From Balanoglossus misakiensis (taxonomy: Eukaryota > Animalia > Hemichordata), in assembly GCA_040954595.2 (NCBI GenBank), contig CM082589.2, positions 524,988-588,987 on the forward strand: 64,000 nt of DNA, in the 5' to 3' direction. Positions 14,601 to 29,600 of this stretch are shown here, one piece after another. The notes below the pieces were generated by a model. It made no database searches. It saw only the letters and a program-made list of their open reading frames with translations, and was not told where the DNA came from. Both the position numbers and the translations under genes were made by a program. Within the stretch, counting starts at the first letter, position 1; each line of letters begins with the position of its first letter.

Positions 14601-17600
14601 ACCTTTAAGTGGGTAAGATGGACAGATAGATAGACAGATGGAACAAGTGCTTGTTTCTGTTAACTTACTTCTGGTCAGCATCGGCCATACACGTCGTCCC
14701 AATACCCGGTGGTCCAAGGAAAGAAGCGGTCAGTTGGTCAGCTTGAGGTTGACCTTGTTGACTATTGCTGAAATGAATGAAATGATGTGTGTAAATGCTT
14801 ATGGTAACAAGTTTGCTCATGTTAACATGCTAAAATTACGACATGAAACCGTACATGTAGTAATCATTTGCAGGGTGCAAGCACACAATTGTACTATCTT
14901 GTTTATTCAAATATGGAAAATAAATATTTTGTTCTTTTTAATTCAGTAGGACACAAATGAGAAATATTTGTGTTGTCTTGTTTACATACCTGTAGAAGAC
15001 ATAACTCGGACTGCCGAACATGGCAGGTGTAAGTTGTAATGCTGGAGCTTTGCCACTAATTTCCAGATCGGCGAAGAACAGCGAAAGAGCAATCAAGATG
15101 GCGGGCATAATCAGGGTCCAGAAGTAACCTCTGATGTCGCGCTTTACGTGGTGGAATCGCTTGATCAAAATGGCCGACAATTGCTTGAAGCCGAGCGCTA
15201 GTCCGACATATTCTTGTTCACTATCACCTCTGAGTTTTCCCTCCTCTCCACGCTTTCGTCTCTTCGCTGAAATTACAGAAATAGTGAAGTTAAACATTTG
15301 GGCATAGTTTACAGTTGTTCAAACTGTCGTTTCTGTCTTTGGGTCGACAACACACATTTCTCAATGAAAGGACAAAGAATTTATAAACCAAGTTGCAGAG
15401 GATGTTGAAGATCAAAAGTATTTTTTCGCTACCTACCCTTTGAGTCTTTGTCTCCTTCTGTATCTGTCGACACATACGAAATGTCACTGTTGTCATCATG
15501 TGATCGTCGAAGATTCCAGTTTTCTCTCTGCACGCTTTCTGATTCTTGAGCAGTCAGTGCAGTTTCTGCAACTTCTATATTTTGATTTCCAGACAGCTTC
15601 AGGAAGATCTGAGAGAGAGATTGCATAACAAGGTTTGTATAACCACAGGATTAAGGAGTAATGTGGGATATTCATTAGTTAAAGAGATCCACGCAAGTAC
15701 GTGCCTCATAGAAGCAAAAACTGGACAAACAAACTCTGAATAAATCATTCCCACATATGTAACTGAAGACCAACCTGTTCAAGTGTTGTGTTGGAGATTC
15801 CATACGCAGCCAAACGAAGGCTGGGCAAATGATCATCCAGGTCAGCAAACAGCCCGCCAAAATTTGACAGCTGTCCACGAGTGATAGGCAGAGTGTAGGA
15901 AAGTTCACTTCCTATATCTTCGATCAATTCTGCACCCTGGATACGCGATTGGATGAACTCTGTTACAATGTTGGTGTCAAATGGACCTACAAAACACCAA
16001 AACAAAGAATCAACCATGTTTAATTTGTCATTTTGTGTGATATGTATAGTTTCTAAATCTCTCGAAACTGAATGAATAAAAACTAATTCAAGTTACAATA
16101 ATTCTCACCCATTGAAGATGCACCACTAGTTGAGCCTGATGAGCTTGGGACATCTTTCTCGTCGTCTAAGCCTTCATAAAGATTAAAACCTCGAGATTGT
16201 TTTGTCTCTTTCCTTTCCTTTTCAGGTGTTGACTTTTGACTGTCAGTCTTAGAAAGAGTGAGTTTGTAGCCATCACCGAAGCGTCTCTTGAGGAACAGTG
16301 GTGATCCGCATGCCCGAAGTTGTCCGCGATCCAAGATGGCAATTCTGTCTCCAAGGAAATCAGCCTCGTCCATGTGATGGGTACACAAGATGATCGTACG
16401 ATCTGTAAATAAAATGTGCAATAAATCTTTCTGTATCTCACAGTCTAATCATTCCTACCAACAACCAAATAATTGCATGTATACAATCCTCCTATGTAAT
16501 ATATAATAATATTATAGATAAATATGGTATTTTAAAACTTTTTTGGGGGTTTAGTCTGGGTTGTTTCCATTATCACCTACCTTGTCTATTTTTCAAAATA
16601 AGATCCCAGATTCCCCGCCTTGCCATCGGGTCAATACCACTCGTAGGTTCATCGAGGATGACAGTGCGAGATCCAGCAAAGAAAGCTATAGCCACGGACA
16701 ACTTCCGTTTCATCCCTCCCGATAGATTTTGGACTTTCTGGTTGCGATGCTCAAGGAGTCCAACATCTTCAAGAATCCTGTATTTGCAGAGACATAAATA
16801 CCAATTTATTAACTGTGATTTTCACCACGCTTTCTCCCAATTCTCCAGAAGAAGCCACAGTAATGAGAATATTCATGAACTATTAAACATTTTTGTGCAC
16901 ATTTGTTTTTGACATCCTGATACTTACGTGTATGCTCTCTGTTTTATCACTGATCTAGGGAATCCCTTTATCCGACCATACAACTGTAAATGTTCATCAA
17001 CTGTCAAACTGAAATTGGTAAATAGAAAACAGGTATAATTAACCTCAAATTTAATATTGTGAAATATATTTACATGACACTCTCACAACTGAGCATACCT
17101 TTCTTAACAGAAATAAAGAGGTAGAAACTTACGTCTCAAAGAGAGCGTTGTGCTGTGGACACATTCCAAGGTCTTGTCGGACTTCCTTGACATGTTTGAC
17201 AACATTTTTGCCATGGTGATAAACTGTGCCACTGGAGGGCGGTATTGTCCCAGTCATGATCGATCTGAAGAAAATATCAATTCGAGGAATCATAATGATG
17301 ATCATTTTTGTCAAGTTTGTTTTGGTTTTGGAACAGCAGCATTGAACAATCGGCATTTTGGTGTTCACAATTGAACATCTTTACTACAATCTTCATCATC
17401 TACGTATGAATGAGTTGAAAAATCGGACACTTACATGGTTGTTGTTTTGCCAGCTCCATTGTGACCCAGAAATGATGTAATTTGACCTTCGTAAAAGTTG
17501 AGACTAAGATTATTCACAGCAGCACGTCGTCTCTTTCCACTTCCGTATTTCTTGGTCAGTTCCTCAATGGACACTCCAAGATGCAGTCCAACTGGGGCAC

Positions 17601-20600
17601 GCTCAACACCTGGACGGCCATCTTCTTCTGTTAAGCCAAAGAAAATAAGTAACATAAGTAATCTGATCAACTTCATCATGGACGTGTTATGGCCTTTCTC
17701 ATACAATCATAATATTTTCCCAACTTTCAAGATGGGTGTGGTTCTCTACTGAACGTTTATTTTTCTTGCATGGCAAGACAAGATACAATCCTCGATCATC
17801 AGTTAGTAACTAGTCAATCAATCAAACCTTTCCAATCATTGATTTGGATTTATTGGATTCTCGGGTACTCCTGGGCACTGAGAGAAAGTGCCAAGTCTTT
17901 TCTATGATTGTATTGCCCACTTTTTGTACTGTGACCAATACTCTGCCAGTCATTGTCTCTCATTTTTCATCCACAACTACACCACTCACCATCAAGATAT
18001 CCGGTTTCGTACGTGGGATTTGAATGACCCTGGATTTCAGTGCCCTCTGTGTATTTCTTTTTCCGAGAGCCACCACTGAACAAGCCAGGGCAACAGTTCC
18101 AGTACGACAGAGTCAGAGGGAAATAGAATGGACGAGGAATTCCATATCGACCTGAGAAACAAAATTGGTGAAAAAATTCATTTCAGTGACAGTGTGAAAC
18201 AAATTAAAAGAAATGCACATCAACAGAAACAGCAAAATAAATACAACTTCAATTGTCATGTATTCATGTTATACGCACCTGGGTTAACATTGTTCACGTA
18301 CCAACCAATCAGGAAATAGATAACGCTGTCAATCATTATCATCGCTAACATCCAATCAAATGTAAGAACACCACCCTCTATAGGGTTATCCTGGATGTTT
18401 GACCAATGGATTCCAATGCCTTGTTCCTCATAGATTGCCAGCAAGCCACACCCATAGCACAATGCAGTTGTTGATGATAAACACTAAGAAATAAACAGGA
18501 GTAAAATCGAGTCCTATAAGTTTAGAGTTTCTTATTCTTTGAAAGTTTAATACCTCACCACTCATCTACAGTAACTTTTATCAGAGAGGTGTCTGTGAGA
18601 TACTTTGAGATATTTGCTTTTTAGTTCTGTTGACCAATGAAACCATGGTGATGAAAGGGTTAACGTAGCAGTTTCATATGCACTTACCGTCAAGATGGAT
18701 TGCCAGAAATTCAACTCATCCTGCAATGCCAAGACAACTACATAAGGTAGATAACCTACAAGATACACCAAGATTGCTGCCACGCTACTCATGTTGGATC
18801 TTTGGAAGAACGCCCCAATCATATAGCTGTAAATGTAAAAAGGGAAAATATTTCAGAATGAAATCAGGGAGAGGAAATACGTCTAAGTCATGACTATCTA
18901 CCATCACATTATAACACGTCATGCACATACATGTACCGGTAGATCGTAGATCGTAATGTTGATCACATAACTTACCACATCATCACCAAGGAGAAACAGT
19001 AACACAGCAGAAACACGATAAGAACCAGCCAATCAGAAAAGCCGAGGACGTTTCCAACTTTCAAGATCACAACCAAGAGGATTGCTGATATCGCCAACAA
19101 AATGAAGTTATTCAGAAACCAGGCACACCAGTTGACACCACTAGGAAGTCCCATCACTTTCATGACCTGTTGGTCAGAAAAAAATTGTTAATGGAATGTT
19201 AAATTGATAACCAGATTTAAACTGAATATGCCTCCATGCTTTGACTGTTATCTGTATATTATAACGAATATCAAAAGATAGATTGATTATTCAACCAACC
19301 CAGAGCCATATTTGCTTATGATTACCAAACGTCAAAAACACTCACCTCCTCAAGACCATGTTCTTTTTCGTAAACAAGTCGATAAGTCATTATAGCAACA
19401 TTTGCTATGAAGCTCAGCGTCAGTAGCACTGGTAACATGTAGGCCGTATATCGTGTAAACCTTGAAAAAAAAATTTGGATATTAAAGTTACAACTATTTT
19501 CATATCTGTCACATACTTTCTTCTTGTAAATGTCTGTTATGCGATATACAGTACTATATGTGAGCATGCAGTTGGGTATTAAGGTATAGTGAAAGTCACA
19601 GACTGAGAGTCATAGAAAGACACAGTAGAATGCCATGTTATCCATATGTACTTACATATCACTGACATAACATGGGTAGGGCACTTGCTGTGTATAAAGT
19701 CCCACGTCACTCGTATCTCGTCCAGTCTGCACATTGATCACAGCTCGTTCAACCATGTCTTGCAGATAAACAAATCCACGCAAATATCTTTGATCGTTGA
19801 TGAAATCAGTTCTCGGAGCTGGTCGCCATACTCTGGGTCGGACCAGATGCGTCTGCGGAGTATTATCGATGTCCATGCGGATTTTGTACTTAACATGTCT
19901 GGGTAATGTTTCTCTGTTTTCAAACTCGCTGAAGAAGACACCTGTGAATGTGCAATTAAAATACAGTCAAACTTGAGTTAGTGGTCACTTCTCTATAGTG
20001 GTCACTTCTCTATAGTGGCCACTTTGTTACAGTTCCTGTGCAATTAGATTCAGTCCTCTGCAGACGTCGTAGGCAATGTGCCGGAGCGCCTGCCTATACA
20101 TGACGGAAATTTTCAATCTACTCTACGCTAAAACCTTCTCTCTTGTTTACTCACTTGCTAACATTTTGTTATCAAGGTCCAACTCTTTCGCCCTGGCAAC
20201 CATTTCTTCTTCAGTTGCAAACCCTTCAAATCTGTCCAACTCGACACATTGCGTGACCTCCCACAACAATTTTAGCAGACTGTCCATCTCAGAAGTGCCT
20301 TCACCTCCCAAGAGACTCGCCAAATCAGAATCCAGTGCATTCAGCAGTTGTGTCGTGTCAAGGTTTTCTTGTCCTTCTAGTAGACTGCTAACCAATGGGT
20401 TGCTAAGCGTTTCCTGATTTGAGTAAATAAAAGTTTAACTTTCATGTTATCTAAGCATTAACTGTAAAAGAAAAATTATTTCATACTCTTAAATAAGAGA
20501 GATGACTAATTAGTTTTCTCAATTCACAAATAAAAATACATGTAATTCAATCTTAACTTGAAATAACATTTTCCAAAGATGAATCATTTCTATGATGTTG

Positions 20601-23600
20601 CTAATAATCTGTAAACAAATTATAACCTACCCGAAGTTGGTTTATTTCTTCAGCTGAGATGAAACCTTCCCCGATGGTCTCTGATGTTTCAAGCCAAGTG
20701 GTTGCAAACGTTTGCAAGTCGGCAACTTCTTGGAAGGTATCATTGGCCTACGGAACACATCAAATATGCCAAGTGAACATTTTAAGAGACAAAACTGTCA
20801 TCAGTGTGATACAATATGACCCTCTCTCTAGGACAAGTTTGTGAAATGTTTCTGACCTTAATTCCCCGCAGATTCTTTCTGCCAACCCCCCTCTTGTTAT
20901 AAATGAAAACTCCCTGATAGATTCTCTTGCAGCCAAAATGAGTGATCAAAAAGCAATGCTGATAAATTTGTCTTACCTTGGCTATGATCTTTCTCGTTGC
21001 TTCATTGTCAGGTGCATAGGGGATTTTGCCTAATAAAATGGGCTTCAAATAAGCCCAGGTGATAATGCCATTTGGACCGTTGTTGATTTGTTGGTAAACA
21101 CTTCGACAAAAGTCAGCTACAGGAAGTAAACAACACATTTTATATGAGCATTTGAATAAATAACTAGGAAATACTTTCAGAAAAAATTCAAAGTAAGGAT
21201 GACATGTGAGAGGTTGACCTGTCCATAAAAACCACCTGCTTATTATAAATAACAGGTTAGGAAAGTCCCTCGACTGGCTGTTATAGACAGGTTTGATTGT
21301 ATTATTAGCAAACTTTGAATAATTGACATAATTACTTTTAGCTTCGAGCAATTCACTGGGTATCTGGTCGCCCCTTGGTTCAACGTCTCTTTTCCGCCTT
21401 TTGCCAAATGCTGTGAAGGTTGATTCCACATCATCGTATGTGGTGACTAAATCTTCCCCACACATGACCTCTGACATGCTACTCATTGCTTGTCGTGCAG
21501 CGGTTCCGGTCAGCGTTCCTTGTCCGATTTCTGGCGGCAGTTTGTCCGTCAAACTGAAGTTCTTGACAGCATTCAGAATCTCCGGTAATTTTTCTTCCAG
21601 TGGTTTCAAAGTATCAAGAAGTTCCGTGATGCCATCCAAGTTGTCTGCTACTCCTTCGATCTGTTCTTGGATGTTTCCACTTAAAATCTGAACATAAGAA
21701 AAGTTTTCAAAAGAGAAATTCAACGTCACTTAATTGTATCGAAAACAAGTCAACTTAAAACACCACTGAACCCTGAATGCATAGTAATACAAACCTGTTG
21801 AATAATGGTGCCAATATTCAATTGTGAGATGAGTTCAGAGGTGATGTTCGCCCAGAGGTTCTGTTCTACTGTACAAATACTGTTGATTAAATCGGTGACG
21901 TTGAAGTCTTCGGGAAACACCAGGAGTTGAGATAGTTCTTCTTCATTACACACTTGGTCTGCAACTACCGTGGCATTCGGATCGAAAAACTGAAAAATTC
22001 AGGATAGAAAATGAGTAAGAAAGGTGTAGACACTCAACACAACACAACAAAACCACTTGAATATCATAATGACATGTGTCAGATTACATGTAGCTATGTG
22101 ACAAAATACCAGCTTACCGATTCAAATTTCAGAGATGCTCTCAACAAGTCATCAGCGACTTTTGGCGGGAAATTCAGCTCTTCCACAAGGAAATCTTTGA
22201 AGTCGTCTGCATTGATGACCAATTCTGATATTTGAACATCTGTCATATAAAAAATTCTCAGTAAATAAGATGATATGTTCATAGTATTCTATAATGTACA
22301 TGTAATACATATGGAAGAACAAACTATAGTTACTTGTGAAAATCTATGTAATGATGTGATACTTGGGAGTTGTGACCTACCTGGCATTTGTTGTAAGATT
22401 TCTCTCAAAACGGGCAAACTCTCAAAGGCGTCAAAGAATTCCCGAAGTCGTTGGTATTCAGGAAGATCATGCAGAAATGGTTCAAAAGTCACCAATAGTT
22501 CTCCCATTCTGTTTCAAAAATTAAAGAGTTAAGTTTTAGCATGAATGAGTCTAGATGAATTGGACAACTTTGTAAAGCTTATCCGATAGAAAGTGTTGGC
22601 CTAATGATGAAAAATTGAACGTTATATATCTTCTAAATAAAAAACATGTCTCTTACTCGATGATGATATCACCAGTTTGTTGATCATTGATCAGCAGGAG
22701 TTGAGCAGCGTCTATGCCTTCTTCCAAGGCTCCACTGAGATCTTCCCACATCTTGACAGCTCTATCCAGGAATTCCTCGCTCGGACGTAGCTCCTTCAGG
22801 TATCTCTCCAGATCTCCCATGAGCGTTGACCAATCTGGATTTTCACTGGGTGGACTGCGTACTAGAAGCTGGCATAAAATCAACGAACATCAATGAGCAT
22901 ACCAAATACTGTACATGTTCATTATGAAGTAATTAGTACAGGATCTAACATTATAAATCTTTGACTACAGGGGCCAAGTTTCTGAAAATATGTTACCTTA
23001 GCAACTAAACTTGGTGTATCAACAAAGTTCTCCAATACATCGAGCGGGACATTCACAGTGCACAATTGGTTCAATCCAAACATCACCATGGTTTCATTAG
23101 CGTCAGGAGGGAACATGATGAAGTTGTGAACTTGGTCTTCGTCACAAATAATGGGCAACACATCAGCCTCAGTCTCGATTATCTGCAGAAGCTGTAAACA
23201 GAAGATTTTGAAAATCACACACTTCAAAACATAATCAACAAAAAGCGCAGTAATAAAGGGCAACCTTTGTATGCAATTAGAATAGAAGCAGAGTATAACA
23301 AAAACCGCCACCCATCTTACCATATCCGAGTTGACGGTAGAATTCATCAGCAACCGCACAAACTCTGCGTCAATTCCCATTATGTCGGTCAGATATTTCT
23401 GGACTTCAGATGAATTTGTGAAAATTTCAGTAAAGTTGATAGGTGGACCTGGTTTGGCTGAAATTAATAAAATGAAGATGCAAACATGTATTCACTTCTT
23501 GGTCTGTTATGATTATTCGTCGAATGTTAATTCAGTGAACGATATTATAAGCTGACATGAGTCATAAACATTTTCTCAGAACTTGTTTCTCAAACTGAAT

Positions 23601-26600
23601 AAACATTCACACAAACACAATTATTTGAGACTCTGACAAAGTTGTCCCTTACTGTAGTTCAACATCAGATCTTCAATCCATCCCTGTATTAATCCAATGT
23701 ACGGCTGAACCACATCCATATTTTCCAGAACTGCCAGAGTTTCGTCATCAAGGAATGGTTCCAGATACTGCATCAGGTTGGCAATTCTATTTAGAAAAGA
23801 AATTAAACATTGGTACACTAACAAATGATGGTATTTTATAGATGTGACATCATTACACTATGTACAATAAAACACAAAGGGATTTACACACAATTGTTCG
23901 TACCTTTCCAGATCACTTGGTGTGACAACTGTCAACAGATCTGAAATGATTGGAATCATGTCCACAATCTGCAGGTCACTGAAGATTCTCGCAATTGTTC
24001 CATTCATTATCATTTCAAGACCAACAGTGGTAGTAGCTATGCTTTCCATGACGTGCGGTACAAAAGTGCTACAATTAAAGGGACCCAACTCTTCGATTGG
24101 TGCACTCCAAATATATTGAAGCTAAAATGAAAAAGGACATACATGTAAATTTGTGATTTTATCATGGTAATTGGTATTTTTAATATCAACAAGAAAGCAC
24201 ATAAATGTGTTAGTACACTGATCATAGTGAATCACTACGAGACTTGGTTAATTACTTTAACAACAGGATGCTTGTCAGGCGATATCTCGTAGGGCTTTGT
24301 GGAATGTATTACCTGTTCCTCAAAGGATTCAATATCCATAATACGCATCACGTCCTCCATAACCGCTGTTGAACCAATTCTACTCATTCCACACATCATG
24401 CTTGCGATCTCGGTCGTGTCAATATGGCCGGGTACCCCCATGGCAACCCTCAGGGCAGCCTCGTCGCACACGGCAGTTGCCACGGTTTCATTTTCCATCA
24501 GGTAGACCTCTATCATGACTGACATCCACTGAAAAGCAAAGGACAAAATACAGTATGTTCAGAAAGTTTTGACAGGAAATCACCATAGTAACATTCAGTG
24601 CGCAAAACCTTTGTGTATACATACCGTTTGGAACTTAACAGGATCAGTCAGAATAACTATGGCTGATGCCAAGACGTCCGGTAGAACTATCACTGTTTCC
24701 ATGGTGAATTCTATCATTGCTGTTAAGTTTTGCTCCATATTTACCACATCATGTAACTTGCCTGAAGAATAAAGTGACAAAAAGAAAATTATGGATTCTT
24801 CTTTGTACCTTAAATTTATAATATCAGAAAGCAGGATCAAAAAGGATTCATTAACACATACAGCATGTGAAATACAATCAAAATGTGTACTTATTTCAAA
24901 ATGTACACCGTCAGAAAATGATCTTTTATCATTTCACAAATACTAAAATACCAGAATGGACAGAGCATTTTTACCTGGCACTGTAGCAAAGTATTTATTG
25001 ACGACATCCATCGTGTGGTCTGCTCGTATCATTACTGGTTCAGTTTCTTGTTTCCAGGCAACCGTTTCACTGATCATCGGGAGCAGAGCATTACACATTG
25101 GAACACCCAGGTTGCCCAAACTATAAAATAATAAGAACAGTCAGTGCTAAAATTGCGTGTCGTGGTTGTATGATTATATTAAAAAGATATGAAATTTTTT
25201 GTAAGGTAAAAACAGCTAAAACCCTCTGGAGGAGAGAAAAACGAAACATGATCTTACCTTCCGAGCTCCGGGAATTCAAAATTCTCCATGAGATAATCTT
25301 CATTTGGGAATAAAGCTAACATGTCATGAAGATTGAAATTATTCAGTGATAGATCTTTCCCCAGAAGTTCTTCCATATTTTCTATCGCTTGTCGTAGTTC
25401 ATCAATGACTTTGCGCCACTCGACATCATCTGCACCAATGCCGTAACCATAGTTATCAGTCATCAGTTTTTCAATCTGAAAATTAGAAGGCCACAACACT
25501 TATATTGTTATTTTCTATTTGTTTTTAATGACCATTTAAAGGTAGCACCCACTGAAAATCAAACCAGTTATCAACTTTCCATGATAACAGTGGTCCAATT
25601 TGAATAGGTGACTGTTTTTTTAATGATGAACATAAAATCAAGTAGGGGTGAGAAAGAAGCGACTATACTATCAACACATCTTCAAAACTGGCCAAGATCT
25701 CTGCAAAAAACTCTACATACCTCTTGATAAAGTAACATGACATCAAACTGACTCAGGAGAAGACTGACAAGCATATCAGCTGTGGTCTCGTTAGAAGCGA
25801 TGTCACAAAGCGTCTGCTGTAATAGTATGATGTCATCGACGTCAAAGTCAGGTGGAAATTCGAAGAGTTCCGTGAATTGTTCAGGGTCACACACGGATTC
25901 TTGGAACGTGTTGATGTCCATGAGTTTGATTAGCTGTATCGAACAAAGAATGATTGAATCAGTGCTGACATCAGATTTATCAATTAGAAGTTATGGCATT
26001 GAAATCGAAAGTGGTTCTTACGTTTTCAGGTGAAACTGCAGCATTCATGAGAAGACCAGCTGTCTCCTGAGACATAAGGGTCGACAGCGAATCAATCAAC
26101 TGCGTCTTGTTGCTTATCAGGCTGGTCAGATTAAATCGGAAATCTAAACAAGAAATATGATCATGTTAGTTCACCATGTATTATGTCAGGTACCATAGTT
26201 AATCTGTTATTGGTGAGGGGAAAGATGGTTTCAACTACCCAATCTACTAACATTTCACCATCCTGACAGTCTTGAAAACCTACATTGATGTACCGGGAAA
26301 AAGAATTGGCTATCAAGACTCAAAACATACCTTCAAGTTCATCATATCTATCATTAAACCATGTTGCCAGGTTACCAATAGATTCGATGTATCCTTTGGC
26401 CATCCTCCAGAAGCTGTCATTTCTCAAAAAGGGATCCAGAGTTTCGATGACAGTTATTATCCTAAATGCATAAAAATAAATACATGTATACACATTTCAA
26501 TACTTTCATACTCACATAGGCAAACAGATTAGATAGAATAGAATACATATTACATACTAGATACATACACACACACAAAGAAATACAGACAGACAGACAG

Positions 26601-29600
26601 ACATACAAACTAAAAGCGACTTACATTTCCATCTCGTTTCCAGTCGCATTCATATATTCTTCTAAGATCAACTTTATTTCAGTGAAATCGACACCAGTCA
26701 GATCACCGAGACCTGGTGCCGCTGTTTGTAGCTGTTCAAAGAGATTGATTAATTGTTGAATGTTTCCAGTCATATCCTCCAAGTTGAATGGTCTCAGATC
26801 TTCGAGAAGGTTCGTGGAGTTGGCTGAGAACAGTAACGCCATCTGAAATGGAAATATAACAAATTTATGAGAGAGTGTCAAACTGATATTCAAAATTAAA
26901 ATAAATAATCCATTACAAAATTAACAGCGTTCCGATTTGTCCACCCCCTTTACAAAAATGAAAGAAACTTTACAAAAATCTTTAATACCCATTTCTGTAA
27001 CTCCAAGATATCAACACCAAGATCTTCTTCTGCACCCATGAAGAAACTTGTTATGTTGATATTACACATGGTTTGTTGAATTGCTGTAGAATTTAATTCT
27101 GGTGACAGAGGCATTGGTAGTGAATTGGTGAAACTCTCCAGGTTGCAAAATATGTCGTCCCATGCTCCATCATTGTAGATCTTGGCAAGCTGAAAAGTAA
27201 ACAAAATTAAAGCGAAACTTGCAGACAATGACAGTGTAATGATTTACCACTGGTAGTTAGGTGACCATTAGGAAATAAATCTACTATTGGCAAATTCTGT
27301 CCACTTTACCTGCCAAATATTGAACTGATCCATGAGGAAAGCTTGCTGTAAATCCTCTGGTGAAGTCAGTAATGAATCTTGAAGATACTGCAACAGCTGA
27401 TTCGGATCATTCATCAAGTCCATCAGATCTGTGTCTGCAAAATTTACGTCAGAAAATTTATTAGAATTCTCTGAGAACTACTGGAACAAGTCAATGAAGA
27501 AAGGGCAGGTTTAGGTACCATGCTTCTTTCGTACATTACACAAAGAACAACAGTTGTGTATGAATGAATCTTTTACACAATGATTAATGAGGTTATGGAA
27601 ATTCTCACCGTTGCCAAGGTTTTCAAAGATGGCGTCCACAAAGCCAGTGAACAGTTCAAACTGCGGTCTGACTATTTCCCAGACATCATTTGCTTTCAGA
27701 GTATTCTCCACCAATTGAAGCAGCTCGTTGATACTGGGAAACACAAAGTTAAAACAAATAAATATTTTGAATACAGAGTTATTAAAATGAAAGCAGTAGA
27801 CACACACAACAAAAATGCTTAAAACATAGCGAAAAGTTACATGGAACTTTGACATATCTACTGCCAGCAAACTTACTTGGTTGGTGTTTGGGTCAGCTGG
27901 GTTGAATTCAAATAACCTTGGAGAAAGTCCATCAGCATATCTACAGTCGTCATATCAAACGATTCATCAAGACTCGCTGGATAGCTCAGCAGGTTTTCAA
28001 GAGTATGGATCATACGCATCACACTTTGAATAAGTTCAGTGATGTTGGTTTGCCCTTCTCCAAAGTTGAATTGTGAACCAGAGGTACCGTCGAATTCATT
28101 GGCCAGCCACTGAGTTACTTGACTGATAATATCCGCATATGCAAATAACTCGTTCCATTCTGTAGAGTTGGTTTCGATGAGTAGCTCCATCAAAGTTTCA
28201 AATGTGGATAAAAGGCTGATTGTATGAAGAAGGCGAAATAAAGGAAGTTTGTGAAAATTGGGATGTTTCTGTAGAAATGGTTTGAAATCTGGCATCTCTT
28301 TCCTTTGCATATGATAGAGCAACTTTGATACATGCCATCTTTCAGTAAGACAATATCGCTTTACAATACTGACCAGAAAAGGTACAATCAAATATACTTT
28401 ACCTTTCAGGGTCAGCTACAGTCATATCGACACCAAAAGCTTCTCCAAGATCGGCCAGTATGACAGTGAAGTTGTCTTGCATAAGGGGATTTTCCCACAT
28501 GGATACAGGCATCATTGGGATTGACATGTTTGAATTCATCATATCCGTCCAAAGTGTGTACATCTCCATAACGTTTAAGATAGTCTGGGTCCAGTCAATT
28601 GGTCTATGGTGTGATTCACTTGAAAACTGCAAAGAAATATCACCGTGCAATTAACATGTACATTAAATGACCTGTCTGTAAAGGCCACCAGTCTATACAG
28701 GCCAGTTTAGGAAAGTCCCTTGACCGGCCACTATAGACAGGTTTGACTGTAAGAGCGTTAACAAAAGCTTGAAACATTCAACTTACCAGCATTAACAGCC
28801 TGTCCAATTCCAACTCCTCTGCAAGCTGTTCAGCCATTTGTGTAAAGTTCGCACCACACAACGCATCTACCATCTCACTGATATTTACTGATGACCCAAA
28901 ATCAAAGACTTCGACCAGTTTGTCACCATCGCAAACAAATGACTCCCACGTCTCCGGGTCAACAAGTTCAAAAAGCTATGTAGAGGAATAGACAACATAA
29001 TCACTCGGTATTGATAAAATTTGTGAATGGATACTGAAAAAATCATCTGACAATGTTAGAGTATGGGACAAACATCTGCTTGAACGCCAATATATTCTTC
29101 TCTGAGAAAGGACTTTATAAATTCCTTATCACAGATATTGTTGGGAAATAAGAAATAAGGACAAACCTTTTCTGGGTTGAGAGAAGCAGATAAAAGAGCT
29201 TCAGCAACATCAGGAGACAAATTCAGGGAGTTTTCAAGCATCACAATCATCTGGCTTTGATTTCTCAGGATTTCGCTGAATGTGAATTCACCATCTGTGT
29301 AGGGAAAGAGAACAACGATTTAAAGTGAGAACCAAATGTATGTAGCAAGGATTATTCAAACATTTTTGATTTACTGTAACATGCAACAAACATATAATTA
29401 AATACCTTCAAACGCATGAAGCGTCCTGATTGAGAACTCAACAAAATAGTTGAGGACGTGAATATACTGTTGCAGTTCTTTCCATTCTGAAACATCTTCC
29501 ATCTGTTCGTTAACTTGGTTTAGAAAATTCCCAATGCTGGAAAGAAAAATTCAATGGAATATTAATGTCAATTATGCCCCTGTTGAATGACAAACACAAA

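Noticed and set aside
17828-17877. Possible micro-exon in the TMD1-NBD1 linker
   Set aside because: It has a good acceptor, but the available donor gives a phase incompatible with the next exon.
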